From Longimicrobiales bacterium (GTDB taxonomy: Bacteria; Gemmatimonadota; Gemmatimonadetes; Longimicrobiales; Gaopeijiaceae): 64,000 nt of DNA. Numbering within the stretch: the first letter of the stretch is position 1; each line of letters begins with the position of its first letter. The notes beneath the pieces are model-generated. The model was given only the letters and a program-made list of their open reading frames with translations, searched no databases and had not been told where the DNA came from. The translations under genes were made by a program, and so were the position numbers. This document shows positions 29,756 to 39,061 of this stretch, in pieces. The stretch lies in NCBI GenBank assembly GCA_965238005.1, contig OZ250165.1:1184001-1248000 (forward strand), in the 5' to 3' direction.

Positions 29756-31158
29756 GCGATCCTCTCCACGCCGCCGCCGGGAGCCGGCCCGACGCTCTGG
29801 CCCTGGATGACGGGGCTCAGGTCTGGACCTATGCCCAGCTCGATGCCGCCGTGGCCCGGATGGCCCGCCGCCTGGCGCCCTTCGGCTCGGGCTCCGGAGC
29901 CACCGTGGCCCTGGTCTCTCACCAGAGCGCCCTCTCGGTCCAGGCCCTTTTCGCGGTTCCTCGCACCGGAGCCACCCTGGTCGTTCTGAACCCCCGACTG
30001 GGATCGGAAGCGATGGAGCGGGCCCTGGATGCGGTCGGGCCCGACCTCTTGTTGAGCACTGATGCTGACGTGCGCGGGCTGGGACTGGACCCGGACTGGT
30101 TCACGACCGTGGACGACCTGCCCAAGCCGCCCCCGGGCCACGGCGGCATGGGGGAAGAGGCGGGTGCACCCCGGCCCTTCGCCCTCCTCCGGACATCCGG
30201 CACGTCCGGCGAGCCCGGAGTCGTGCCGGTGACCATGGATGCTCTGAACGCCAGCGCGCGAGCAGTGTCGGCCCGTCTGGACCTGGGACCGGATGATCGC
30301 TGGTATGCATCGCTCTCTCTGGCCCATATCGGCGGGCTGGCCCTGGTCCACAGGGTGGTGCACTCGGGATCGTGCCTCCTCGTTCGGGGGCCGTACTCCC
30401 CGAGGACCCTGGCGGAGCTCATCGACCACGGAGAGGTCACGCACGCGTCACTCGTTCCGACCATGCTCCACCAGCTCCTCGATGCTCGTGGCGGCGCGCC
30501 CGTTCCATCCAGCCTTCGCTGCCTGGTCATCGGTGGGGCGGCAACCGGAGAGCGACTGGTGGAGGAGGCCCTCGACCGGGGATACCCCGTGGCCCTTTCA
30601 TACGGTTTGACCGAGGCCTGCTCGCAGGTCGCCACCGCGCCTCCCGAGCTCGTGGCGGAAAAGCCGGGCACGGTCGGCTCTCCCATCGACGGGGTTGAGC
30701 TCCGGTTGCTGGAGAGCGGAGAGATCTGGGTACGTGGGCCGACAGTGGCTCCGTCCCTCGTCGACGAAGACGGATGGCTGGCCAGCGGAGACTTCGGCAC
30801 CCTGGATGAGGAAGGACACCTGTGGATCACCGGACGCATGGACGAACGCATCATATCCGGCGGGGTCAACATCGATCCCAAGTCGGTCGAGGAGGTGATT
30901 CTGGACTTTCCGGGTGTAGCCGCCGTCGCCGTGGTCGGTATTTCCGACGACACCTGGGGTGAGGTGGTGGGGGCCCTGGTCGTCCCTGAATCCGGGGTGC
31001 TGGACATAGAAGCGCTGGAGTCCGCCGTGCGGGAGCGGGTCTCGGGTGCCGAGGTGCCCAGACGGCTCGCCGTCGCGGAAGAGCTTCCCAGGAACGCAAA
31101 CGGCAAGATTGACCGGGCGGAGGTACGGGCCCGTCTCGTCGGAATCGGCCCTTTTTAG
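29752..31158 (+). CDS. menE: O-succinylbenzoate-CoA ligase
   Basis: TSGTSGEP, HIGG, SLVPTML, YGLTEACSQ, IISGGVN and PRNANGK motifs; men cluster context. Confidence 0.88.
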   Translation: MSDPLHAAAGSRPDALALDDGAQVWTYAQLDAAVARMARRLAPFGSGSGATVALVSHQSALSVQALFAVPRTGATLVVLNPRLGSEAMERALDAVGPDLLLSTDADVRGLGLDPDWFTTVDDLPKPPPGHGGMGEEAGAPRPFALLRTSGTSGEPGVVPVTMDALNASARAVSARLDLGPDDRWYASLSLAHIGGLALVHRVVHSGSCLLVRGPYSPRTLAELIDHGEVTHASLVPTMLHQLLDARGGAPVPSSLRCLVIGGAATGERLVEEALDRGYPVALSYGLTEACSQVATAPPELVAEKPGTVGSPIDGVELRLLESGEIWVRGPTVAPSLVDEDGWLASGDFGTLDEEGHLWITGRMDERIISGGVNIDPKSVEEVILDFPGVAAVAVVGISDDTWGEVVGALVVPESGVLDIEALESAVRERVSGAEVPRRLAVAEELPRNANGKIDRAEVRARLVGIGPF

Positions 31159-31257
31159 TCGCCCGACTCACCGGTGGCTGAAATTTGCCTCGCGTCCGAT
31201 CGGACCGCGACTATCTTTCGGCTTCCGAATCCGGACGACGAAACTGAACCGAGCGAT

Positions 31258-32532
31258 ATGAACCTACTGGAAGAATACCGCTGGCGCGGGATGTTGCAGG
31301 ACGCCACCGAAGGGGCCGGCGCGGCCCTTCAAGAGGGGTCCGTGACGGGATACATCGGCTTCGATCCCACGGCGCCGAGTCTCCACGTGGGCTCCCTCAT
31401 GCCCATCATGGGTCTCGTACACCTCCAGCGTATGGGGCACCACCCCATCGTGCTCGTGGGCGGGGGCACCGGGCTCATCGGGGACCCGTCCGGGAAGATC
31501 GAAGAGCGGCAGCTCCTCACCAAGGAAAAGGCCGCCGAGAATCTGGCGTCCATGCAGGTTCAGCTCGAGCACTTTCTCGACTTCGAGTGTGCCGCCAACC
31601 CGGCCCGTACGGTGGACAACCTGGAGTGGCTCGGCGACATCGCAATGGTCGACTTCCTTCGGGACGTCGGAAAGCACTTCTCGGTGAACGCTCTCTTGAA
31701 GAAGGAGTCGGTACGGCGTCGGCTGGAGGACGAGGGCGTGGGGATCTCCTACACGGAGTTCAGCTACGCCCTCTTGCAAGCCTACGACTTCGTGGCCCTC
31801 AACGAGCACTACGGGTGCACGTTCCAGATGGGTGGCAGCGACCAGTGGGGGAACATCACGGCGGGAATCGACCTGGTGAGGAGGATGACGGGCGAGAAGG
31901 CCCACGGCCTCACCTACCCGCTGGTGACCGGGGCCGGAGGCCGCAAGTTCGGCAAGACCGAGGCGGGGTCCGTCTGGCTCGACCCCATGCTCACCTCTCC
32001 CTATCGGTTCTACCAGTTCTGGATGAACGTCGCTGACGGCGACGTCGTGCGATACCTCAAGTACTTCACGCTGCGGGACGCCAACGAGATCGCGGTCGAA
32101 GAGGCGGAGTTGGCCGAGCGCCCGCACGAGAGGGCAGCCCATCGGAGGCTGGCGGAGGAGGTCACGAGGAGTGTCCACGGCGAGACGGGCCTGGCCGGCG
32201 CCCAAGCGGCGACGGCCGTCCTCTTCGGGGGCGAGCTCACGGGCCTGGGGGCAGACGAGATTGCCGACATATTCGCCGACGTACCCTCCAGCGAGATACC
32301 GCGGGCGGAGTTGGAAGGGGAGGGGAAAGGGATCCTCGACCTGCTGGCGTCGGCCGGGGTGGCGAGCTCACGGGGTGATGCCCGCCGCTCCATCGAGGGA
32401 GGCGGTATCTATGTGAACAACGTCCGGGTTCAGGACGTGGAAGCCAAGGTCCGGCTCGAAGACGCCGTGGAGGGCCGCTTTCTGCTTCTGAGGAAAGGGA
32501 AGAAGGCCTACCACACGGTACGCGTGGTCTAG
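31258..32532 (+). CDS. tyrS: Tyrosine--tRNA ligase
   Basis: GFDPTAPSLHVG, QMGGSDQWGNI and KFGKT motifs; C-terminal S4 domain. Confidence 0.97.
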   Translation: MNLLEEYRWRGMLQDATEGAGAALQEGSVTGYIGFDPTAPSLHVGSLMPIMGLVHLQRMGHHPIVLVGGGTGLIGDPSGKIEERQLLTKEKAAENLASMQVQLEHFLDFECAANPARTVDNLEWLGDIAMVDFLRDVGKHFSVNALLKKESVRRRLEDEGVGISYTEFSYALLQAYDFVALNEHYGCTFQMGGSDQWGNITAGIDLVRRMTGEKAHGLTYPLVTGAGGRKFGKTEAGSVWLDPMLTSPYRFYQFWMNVADGDVVRYLKYFTLRDANEIAVEEAELAERPHERAAHRRLAEEVTRSVHGETGLAGAQAATAVLFGGELTGLGADEIADIFADVPSSEIPRAELEGEGKGILDLLASAGVASSRGDARRSIEGGGIYVNNVRVQDVEAKVRLEDAVEGRFLLLRKGKKAYHTVRVV

Positions 32533-33545
32533 AACACGATCTGCCAGGAAGCGACCAAGGTCCGATCGGCTGACAGCTGGGGCCCGTTCAGATCCTCATG
32601 GACCGGGTAATACCACTCGAGGGCGATCCGGTGGCCCCTCACCGCTCCGTCCCGGAAGTAGAGGTTGACGCCAAACGGGATGTAGGTCCGCTCGCCTCCC
32701 TGGGCGAACGGGTTCGCGCTCGGATCCACCGTCCCGTCAGTGCGCGGATCGACACCCTCGACTTCTCCCTCGGTCTCGTAGAGGACCCGGGCCGATAGGC
32801 TCAGCCAATCATTGAAGTTGTACGCACCCCAAGCCGTGAACTCGAACCGGTCACCGTAGCGATAGTTTTGCCCGTTGTTGACGGCGCGGATGGTGACATT
32901 GGCATGCGCTCCGACGCTGGCCACCTCGTTCTGGGCGGTGAAACCCAGGCCTCCCAAGAAGTCCGGGGCCCCGGAGCCGGGCTGCATGGCGAAGGGCAGC
33001 ACGTCTCTGCCCGTGCCGGAGAACGGTGTCTCGTCCCGTTCACGGCTCTCACCGATCGGGATTGTGCTCCCCAGCAGGATATGCATCCTGTACTGGTCGA
33101 TCCTGAACAGGTCGATTAGAAAGCGGACGCTCGGGTCACCGATGTCGTTCGACGTCGTCTGGAAGAACTCGTCGTCCGTGAGGTTCAACATGCTGCTGCT
33201 GATGAACGGCATCGAGACGGAGACCGTGACGTTGTCGAGCAATCCCCAGCGCAGCTCCAAATCGTGCGTCTCTCTGTCGAGGGACAGGGGAGCCACGAAG
33301 AAGATGTCCAGGACCTCGTCAGAGAAGAACGGCGTTGTGCCGACGAGCGTCCCCTCGAAGCCCTCTCGGTAGTACCGATAACCGATGTAGAACTCGCCCT
33401 TTTCCAGGGTATAGTCGGCCAGGACCCCAACCGGGGCGTGCCCGTCCGGGCGGTCCGCCGACCACGCCGGCGTCTGGGCCAGAGCGGGAGTCACCGCCAA
33501 CAGGCTAGCCACTACCGCGCAGGCGGACACGATCTTGCGAGTCAT
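32529..33545 (-). CDS. Outer-membrane transporter-like protein (phenol MetA-pathway family)
   Basis: Signal peptide; RPDGHAPVGV, MQPGSG and DLNGPQL motifs; C-terminal Phe. Confidence 0.75.
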   Translation of the reverse strand: MTRKIVSACAVVASLLAVTPALAQTPAWSADRPDGHAPVGVLADYTLEKGEFYIGYRYYREGFEGTLVGTTPFFSDEVLDIFFVAPLSLDRETHDLELRWGLLDNVTVSVSMPFISSSMLNLTDDEFFQTTSNDIGDPSVRFLIDLFRIDQYRMHILLGSTIPIGESRERDETPFSGTGRDVLPFAMQPGSGAPDFLGGLGFTAQNEVASVGAHANVTIRAVNNGQNYRYGDRFEFTAWGAYNFNDWLSLSARVLYETEGEVEGVDPRTDGTVDPSANPFAQGGERTYIPFGVNLYFRDGAVRGHRIALEWYYPVHEDLNGPQLSADRTLVASWQIVF

Positions 33546-33685
33546 ATGTCCCTTCCTCGGGGAAGTCGAGATGTCTTGAACCCTTGAAAGATGCTGAGCC
33601 GGTTTTCAGGAAACAAGTGTTTCCTTCCCCGGGGCGTGGAGGTACCGAGGTCGAAAACGCTGTGCGATCAGTGCTGCGGGGGCCC

Positions 33686-36085
33686 TCAGACTCGTGTGGA
33701 GTCCCCGCTTTCCGGCGCGATGGGCGCTCGTAGCACCTCGTCCGGAATCGCGAACCCGTCCACGAGGAACACGGCTTGCTCCCTGATCTCGGAGCAGAGC
33801 TCGTTCACGAGCCATCGGATGGCACGTGTCTTGGCCGGCTCCATATAGCCGCTCTCGAGGTACCAGGCCCGGTTCGTCTCCATGGTGGCCAGGGCATAGA
33901 GCGTGGCCAGGCCATCCAAGGCCTCCGAGAGCCCGGGAGTCGGAGCACGCACGACAGCGTGCCGGAAGCGTTCCAGGACGAGGCGCTCGACGTGGGAGTG
34001 CGCCAGGGTAACGAGGTGGTCCTGCGTGCGGTTCATGGCGTCGAAGGAGTGCACACCGTCTTCCAGGAGATCCCTGAGACGCCTGGCCGCGGAGGTCAAT
34101 AGGCGATCCTCCCTGTATCGGAAGGCGGCCACGTGGAATTCGGGGTCCCGGAGGTGATCCTCGTCGGTTCTCCGAGTGACGACGGGGTTCATCTCCGTCA
34201 AACGCACTCCTGCCCGCTCGGCCACGTGTCGAAGCATCCCCCAGAGTCTCAGGTCTCCCAACTCGTCCCGATAGCCCGACAACAGCCCCTTCGCGACAAG
34301 TTGAAGCAACACGGGGTTGGCGCCCTCGAACGTGGTGAAGGCGTCGACATCGTTCCGCAGGACACCCAGGGGATTGGCCGCCAGATACCCCTGGCCGCCA
34401 CAGGCCTCCCGGCAGGCCTGGATCGTCGCCACCGCGGAGGCGGATGCGTAGGCCTTGAGACCGGCGGCGTCGACCTCCACCGCCCTGTCGGGCGTTCCTC
34501 CGTCGGGGCGTCCTTCTGACTCGGAGCCCTCTGCTGCCTTGGTCACCTCTCCGCCGGTCGTGTAACGCCTGATGAGGTCCCGGACCGCGAAGTGTAGTCC
34601 GTATGTGGTGGCGAGCCGGGGCAACAGGAGGCGTTGGTGGACCCGGTAGTCGAGGATCGGGGCCTCCTCCGAGCCGAACGGCCCGAACTGCCGGCGTCTA
34701 TCGCCGTAACGTATCGCCACGGTTAGGGCGGTCTTGGCGGCGCTCACGGACGCGGCCGCCACGCTCACCCGGCCGGCCACGAGCGTGCCCAGCATGGTGA
34801 AAAAGCGGCGACCGGAGCTCGGGATCGGGCTCGAGTAGACGCCTTCGGGGGTCACCTCGCCGAAGCGGTTGAGGAGGTTCCCCCTGGGGATCCGAACGTC
34901 GTGGAAGGACAGGGTCCCGTTGTCGACCCCGTTCAGGCCCACCTTGTCGTCCCGATCGGTGATGGTCACTCCGGGAAGAGGTTGGCCGTCACCGTCCCGG
35001 ATTGGAACCACGAAAGCGTGGACTCCGTGGGGCGTGCCGCCCACTTCCAACTGGGCGAAGACCGTGGCCATGCGGCCGTGGAGGGCCGCGTTCCCGATCC
35101 AGTCCTTTTTTGCGTCCGGCGAGGGGGTATGAACGACGAACTCTCCGGCGTCCGCGTCGTAGCGGGCGACCGTCTCGAGATCCCGAACGTTCGAGCCGTG
35201 CCCCGTCTCTGTCATCCCGTAACAGCCCGGAAGCTCCAGGGAGCCTATCCTGGCGAGGTACGCCTCGTGATGGTGCGCCGTGCCGAGCTGGAGGATGCTT
35301 CCACCCCAGAGCCCAAACTGTACCCCGAACTTGACCAGCACACTCAGGTCTCCGTAGGCCAGAGTCTCGAAGACCGTGATGGCCGCGCCCGGGTCGTCCC
35401 GGCCGCCGTAGGCCGCCGGGTACTCGAGGCTGCCCAGGCCCTCCCGCGCCAGTACCTGGAGCGCCTGGAGCACCCGCTCCCGGTACTCGCCTCTAGGCAG
35501 CCCCGCCGGCAGGGCCAGCTCGGGGGATTTCATGAGCTCGAGGACGCGGGTCCGTATGTCGACGTGCGTGTCGTTCAGGTACCAGCCGAGAGACTCAATC
35601 CAAAAGCGTGTGTGCCGGTGGCGCTCGCTGCGGGGGGGGCCGGAGACGCCCAACAGCTCTCGAACGGCTTCCGGCCCGGGTATCCCAAGGCGCTCCTCGG
35701 CCCGGGCGAGGGCCTCCGGCGCGCGATCCTCACTCCAGGGTCCCGCCGTCAGCCCCGCCCCGCGGATCAGCTCGAGCCCCAGGCCTGCAAGCGAATCGGG
35801 CACGCGCCGGTCTTCGGGCCACCAGCTCCGGACGATCTCGCGCAGCTCCACGACGGCCGTCGGGGTCGGTGGTGAGTCGGGACGGAGCCAGCTCCTGAGG
35901 ATCTCCCGGCCTTCAGTATCGAGCCATTCCTGGTCCTCCAGCCCCTCGCACAGGACCAGCAGCTCGTCGGGGGTCAGAACGCCGTCGCTCCAGACCATCT
36001 GGATCATGGGCAGGAATGCCAGCAGATCCAGGCGGTGGGACGGCCAGACGGGCGGGCCTTCGGGAGGCCGAGTCATGTCGGTCAT
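33686..36085 (-). CDS. Acyl-CoA oxidase/dehydrogenase with N-terminal extension
   Basis: GCYGMTETGHGSNV, KDWIGNAA, GLNGVDNG, CREACGGQGY and TFEGAN motifs. Confidence 0.9.
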   Translation of the reverse strand: MTDMTRPPEGPPVWPSHRLDLLAFLPMIQMVWSDGVLTPDELLVLCEGLEDQEWLDTEGREILRSWLRPDSPPTPTAVVELREIVRSWWPEDRRVPDSLAGLGLELIRGAGLTAGPWSEDRAPEALARAEERLGIPGPEAVRELLGVSGPPRSERHRHTRFWIESLGWYLNDTHVDIRTRVLELMKSPELALPAGLPRGEYRERVLQALQVLAREGLGSLEYPAAYGGRDDPGAAITVFETLAYGDLSVLVKFGVQFGLWGGSILQLGTAHHHEAYLARIGSLELPGCYGMTETGHGSNVRDLETVARYDADAGEFVVHTPSPDAKKDWIGNAALHGRMATVFAQLEVGGTPHGVHAFVVPIRDGDGQPLPGVTITDRDDKVGLNGVDNGTLSFHDVRIPRGNLLNRFGEVTPEGVYSSPIPSSGRRFFTMLGTLVAGRVSVAAASVSAAKTALTVAIRYGDRRRQFGPFGSEEAPILDYRVHQRLLLPRLATTYGLHFAVRDLIRRYTTGGEVTKAAEGSESEGRPDGGTPDRAVEVDAAGLKAYASASAVATIQACREACGGQGYLAANPLGVLRNDVDAFTTFEGANPVLLQLVAKGLLSGYRDELGDLRLWGMLRHVAERAGVRLTEMNPVVTRRTDEDHLRDPEFHVAAFRYREDRLLTSAARRLRDLLEDGVHSFDAMNRTQDHLVTLAHSHVERLVLERFRHAVVRAPTPGLSEALDGLATLYALATMETNRAWYLESGYMEPAKTRAIRWLVNELCSEIREQAVFLVDGFAIPDEVLRAPIAPESGDSTRV

Positions 36086-36177
36086 GGTGCCCGCGAGTGT
36101 AGGCGACGAGGCCGTCATTGTCGAGACGCTGCCGTGCCCTATTGACCCGCGTCCACGCCCAACCCAAGCTCCCTCCC

Positions 36178-36678
36178 ATGAATGACTCCAAGCCACTCGT
36201 GGGCGTGGTCATGGGCTCCCGGTCCGACTGGGAGATCATGAGTCGGGCCGTAGAAGCACTGGAGAGCCTCGGGATCCCTCACGAGGTCCGGGTCATCTCC
36301 GGTCACCGCACTCCGGACCTCTGCATCGAGTACGCTTCGACTGCGGAAGAGCGAGGACTCGAGGTCATCATCGCCGGCGCCGGCGGGGCGGCCCACCTGG
36401 CAGGGATGATGGCGGCCAAGACCGTCGTCCCAGTCCTGGGCGTCCCCACCAAGGGATGGGCCCTGGACGGACTGGACTCCCTTCTGTCCATCGTTCAGAT
36501 GCCGGCGGGCATCCCGGTGGGGACGTTCGCCATCGGCAAGCCGGGGGCGACCAATGCCGCGCTTCTGGCCGGTGAGATGCTAGGCAACAAGTTCCCGGAG
36601 ATTCGGGAGGCCGTTCGGCGCTACCGTGCCGAGCGCACCCTGAAGGTACTGGACGAAGGGGATCCCCGAGAGGGGTAG
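36178..36678 (+). CDS. purE: N5-CAIR mutase
   Basis: [21 protein letters not shown] and [11 protein letters not shown] motifs. Confidence 0.96.
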   Translation: MNDSKPLVGVVMGSRSDWEIMSRAVEALESLGIPHEVRVISGHRTPDLCIEYASTAEERGLEVIIAGAGGAAHLAGMMAAKTVVPVLGVPTKGWALDGLDSLLSIVQMPAGIPVGTFAIGKPGATNAALLAGEMLGNKFPEIREAVRRYRAERTLKVLDEGDPREG

Positions 36679-36704
36679 CACCCGCCAAGCGTCGGGTAGC
36701 ACCC
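36673..36704. repeat. Direct repeat of an 11-bp quasi-palindrome GGGTAGCACCC, 21-bp period
   Basis: Copies at 36673-36683 and 36694-36704. Confidence 0.8.
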
Positions 36705-36912
36705 TTCGACGGGACCTCCTGAAACCTTCTTCCTGGGAGATCTCCTCGAGGGGTACCAGGACTTCGTCGTTCCCGAGAGAGGCGCCGGGGCCGCCCGTGT
36801 GTGGCTATGGGCCACGGCTTTCCGTTGAGCCGCCCTCGGCTTCGCTCAGGCCATCGAGCCGGGCTTCGCGCGCCGAGCGCCAGACGCACCGCGATCTTGT
36901 GGCCGTGGGCCG

Positions 36913-37116
36913 GGGGAGGAGGAGTACGACACCCTGGGCTGCAACGTGCTCGCGGTCGCGCCGCGCCTATGCGTCGTAGCCGAGGGGAGTCCCGAGACGG
37001 GGCGACGGATGGAGGCTGCAGGCGCCGAGGTTCACGTGTTCGAGGCAGCCGAGATCTGCGTCAAAGGCTCGGGCGGGCCCACGTGCCTCACCCGGATCCT
37101 CGAGCGCGAGAGATAG
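36913..37116 (+). pseudogene. Amidinotransferase/arginine deiminase family C-terminal remnant
   Basis: EEEYDTLGCNVLAVAP...ICVKGSGGPTCLTRILER*; in-frame stop upstream at 36826-36828 and no start codon before the fragment. Confidence 0.75.
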
Positions 37117-37316
37117 GCCGCGATACCCTGCGACCCTACGGTCCGCCGGGAGCAGGTAGGTCGTGTCGACCGCGGATGCTCTTTCGTTCCAACTGGGCGA
37201 GGTGCTAACTTGAGCGCGCGGGCCGCTCCTCGGGACCGGACCGGAGTGGGCTGCTTTCTTCGCCGGGGGCCACCCAGGCCCACCTGTTTCAGCATTGCCT
37301 TCAGGACCGGTGCCTC

Positions 37317-37805
37317 ATGTTGGATGAGATTCGCGAGAAAATCGAAGCGGAGATCGAGCTGCTGACACACGAGCTCAACGTCCTTCTCCCGGAACGCATT
37401 CAAAAGGCCGTTGAGCTGGGCGACCTGCGCGAGAACGCCGAGTACAAGTCCTCCCTCGAGCGACAGCAGTTCGTCCAAGCTCGCATCGGCCACCTTGCCA
37501 GCCGCATGTCCGAGCTCTCGAAGATCGACGTCGATGCCATGCCCGCCGATCGAGTGGGCTTCGGGTCGAAGGTCGAGATCCACGACCTGGCCCTGGACGA
37601 GGTGAAGCAGCTGACCATCGTAGCCGGTGACTTCATGGATCTGGACGGGGGACAGGTCTCCATGGCCTCACCCATCGGTCGTGGGCTCATGGGAGCCCGT
37701 CAGGCCGAGGAGGTGACCATCGAGCTACCGATGGGCGAGCGGCGCTTCAAGGTGCTCGACCTTGTCACGTTGCCCGAGCAGCTCAAGGGTGGTGACGGAA
37801 GCTGA
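37317..37805 (+). CDS. greA: Transcription elongation factor GreA/GreB
   Basis: LGDLRENAEY, VGFGSKV and SMASPIGRGL motifs. Confidence 0.9.
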   Translation: MLDEIREKIEAEIELLTHELNVLLPERIQKAVELGDLRENAEYKSSLERQQFVQARIGHLASRMSELSKIDVDAMPADRVGFGSKVEIHDLALDEVKQLTIVAGDFMDLDGGQVSMASPIGRGLMGARQAEEVTIELPMGERRFKVLDLVTLPEQLKGGDGS

Positions 37806-37889
37806 TCGCTGACCGCGGTGGCTGAACACTTCCCGCTGGCTTCGGCTTGTCCTCCTCGGTTCGTTGATCATCAGCAGCGGTGGATTCGA

Positions 37890-37929
37890 CAGAGGTGGTT
37901 GACCCTATGCAGAGGTGGTTGACCCTATG
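37890..37929. repeat. Perfect tandem duplication, 2 x 20 bp (CAGAGGTGGTTGACCCTATG)
   Basis: Copies at 37890-37909 and 37910-37929. Confidence 0.9.
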
Positions 37930-38065
37930 TCGAGGGCCGAGTAGGAAGGCGCACGCCAGGCAACGCCGGCCGGAGGCAAAGACGCTGGATCCACACCGGG
38001 GGCTCCTGGGTACCGGGTCTTGGACCGGCGCCCCGCCGTTCCACCACCGATACGCAGGAGGATCC

Positions 38066-38644
38066 GTGGTCAAGACCGCATCGACGATGGCCCCCATCGG
38101 TACGCAGGCTCCAGGGTTCGCGCTTCCCGACACCCACGGTGGAACCGTCTCACTCGACGACTTGGCAGACGCACCGGGTCTGCTCGTGGTCTTCCTCTGC
38201 AACCATTGCCCGTTCGTGAAGCACCTGCGTGCCGAGCTCGCCGACTTCGCTCGGGTGTACCAGGAGAAGGGGCTCGCCGTGGTGGGCATCAACTCCAACG
38301 ACGTCGAGACCTATCCGGAGGACAGTCCCGAGATGATGGCTCGTGAGGTGGAGGAGGTGGGGTACACCTTCCCGTACCTGTTCGACGAGGATCAGTCGGT
38401 GGCGAAGGCCTATGCCGCCGCCTGCACGCCTGACTTCTTTCTCTTCGATGGAGAGCGCCGCCTGGTCTATCGAGGGCAGTTCGACGACAGCCGACCGGGC
38501 AACGGCGTGCCCGTGACCGGGCATGACTTGAGGACGGCGACCGATGCTCTGCTGGAAGGAAGGCCCATCTCGGGCGAGCATCGGTCCAGCGTCGGCTGCA
38601 ACATAAAATGGAAGCCGGGAAACGCGCCGGCCTACTTCGGCTGA
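38066..38644 (+). CDS. Thioredoxin-fold AhpC/TSA family protein
   Basis: AGGAGG RBS with GTG start; CNHCPFV, AACTPDFF, YRGQFDDSRP and GCNIKWK motifs. Confidence 0.92.
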   Translation: MVKTASTMAPIGTQAPGFALPDTHGGTVSLDDLADAPGLLVVFLCNHCPFVKHLRAELADFARVYQEKGLAVVGINSNDVETYPEDSPEMMAREVEEVGYTFPYLFDEDQSVAKAYAAACTPDFFLFDGERRLVYRGQFDDSRPGNGVPVTGHDLRTATDALLEGRPISGEHRSSVGCNIKWKPGNAPAYFG

Positions 38645-38682
38645 AACATACGCCTGGGCCATCCCGCGGGAGGCCCACCAGC

Positions 38683-38730
38683 AAAAAACAACGCGCCGTC
38701 GGGTCAGCCGGCCCGACGGCGCGTTTCTTC
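38683..38730. terminator. Bidirectional intrinsic terminator
   Basis: 14-bp perfect stem AACGCGCCGTCGGG/CCCGACGGCGCGTT; A6 on the left (U-tract for the minus strand) and T-rich sequence on the right. Confidence 0.85.
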
Positions 38731-38788
38731 TGTCGCAACCCGGCGCGATGGCCGCTTATGGCGCGAACAGCTGAAGCCGATTCGGCTC

Positions 38789-38851
38789 CTACAGACCGAA
38801 ACGGCGATCGCTTGCCCTTGCCAGGCTGGACAGGCTACTTGGACTAGACAA
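38789..38851 (-). CDS. Putative 20-aa small protein MSSPSSLSSLARASDRRFGL
   Basis: TAAGGAGGTGATC immediately precedes AA-TTG (7 nt from GGAGG to TTG); TAG stop; lies between a promoter and a terminator. Confidence 0.5.
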   Translation of the reverse strand: MSSPSSLSSLARASDRRFGL

Positions 38852-38977
38852 TTGATCACCTCCTTATTTCGGTTCGACTGTGGGCGTATCGCCGGCGGGC
38901 TCCGGGACCCGCGGTCCGCGTCCTTTCCCCCTCACTTGGGGGGCCGGGGCGGCCCAGACCGTCCAAAGGTCAACGCC

Positions 38978-39006
38978 AACCTACGGGGCCGACCCGATGA
39001 GATCAA
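38978..39006 (-). promoter_or_regulatory. Putative sigma70 promoter TTGATC-17-TAGGTT
   Basis: Exact 17-bp spacer and TANNNT -10; predicted TSS near 38971. Confidence 0.55.
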
Positions 39007-39061
39007 GAGGAAATCAACCACGGCGTGTAGTACGCCGTGACACCACTACATACGGGATCCG

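Noticed and set aside
31159..31257. T-box leader for tyrS
   Set aside because: The region is only about 100 bp and lacks the T-box GGTGGNACCGCG motif and a terminator.
37890..37929. CRISPR array
   Set aside because: Only two adjacent copies, no spacers and no cas genes.
38854..38866. GATCACCTCCTTA read as a 16S rRNA 3' end on the plus strand
   Set aside because: No helix 44/45 sequence lies upstream. It is better explained as an extended SD on the minus strand.
39018..39057. NrdR boxes (ACTACA-containing motifs)
   Set aside because: The match is degenerate, no ribonucleotide reductase gene is nearby, and the inverted repeat fits a terminator for the M50 gene.
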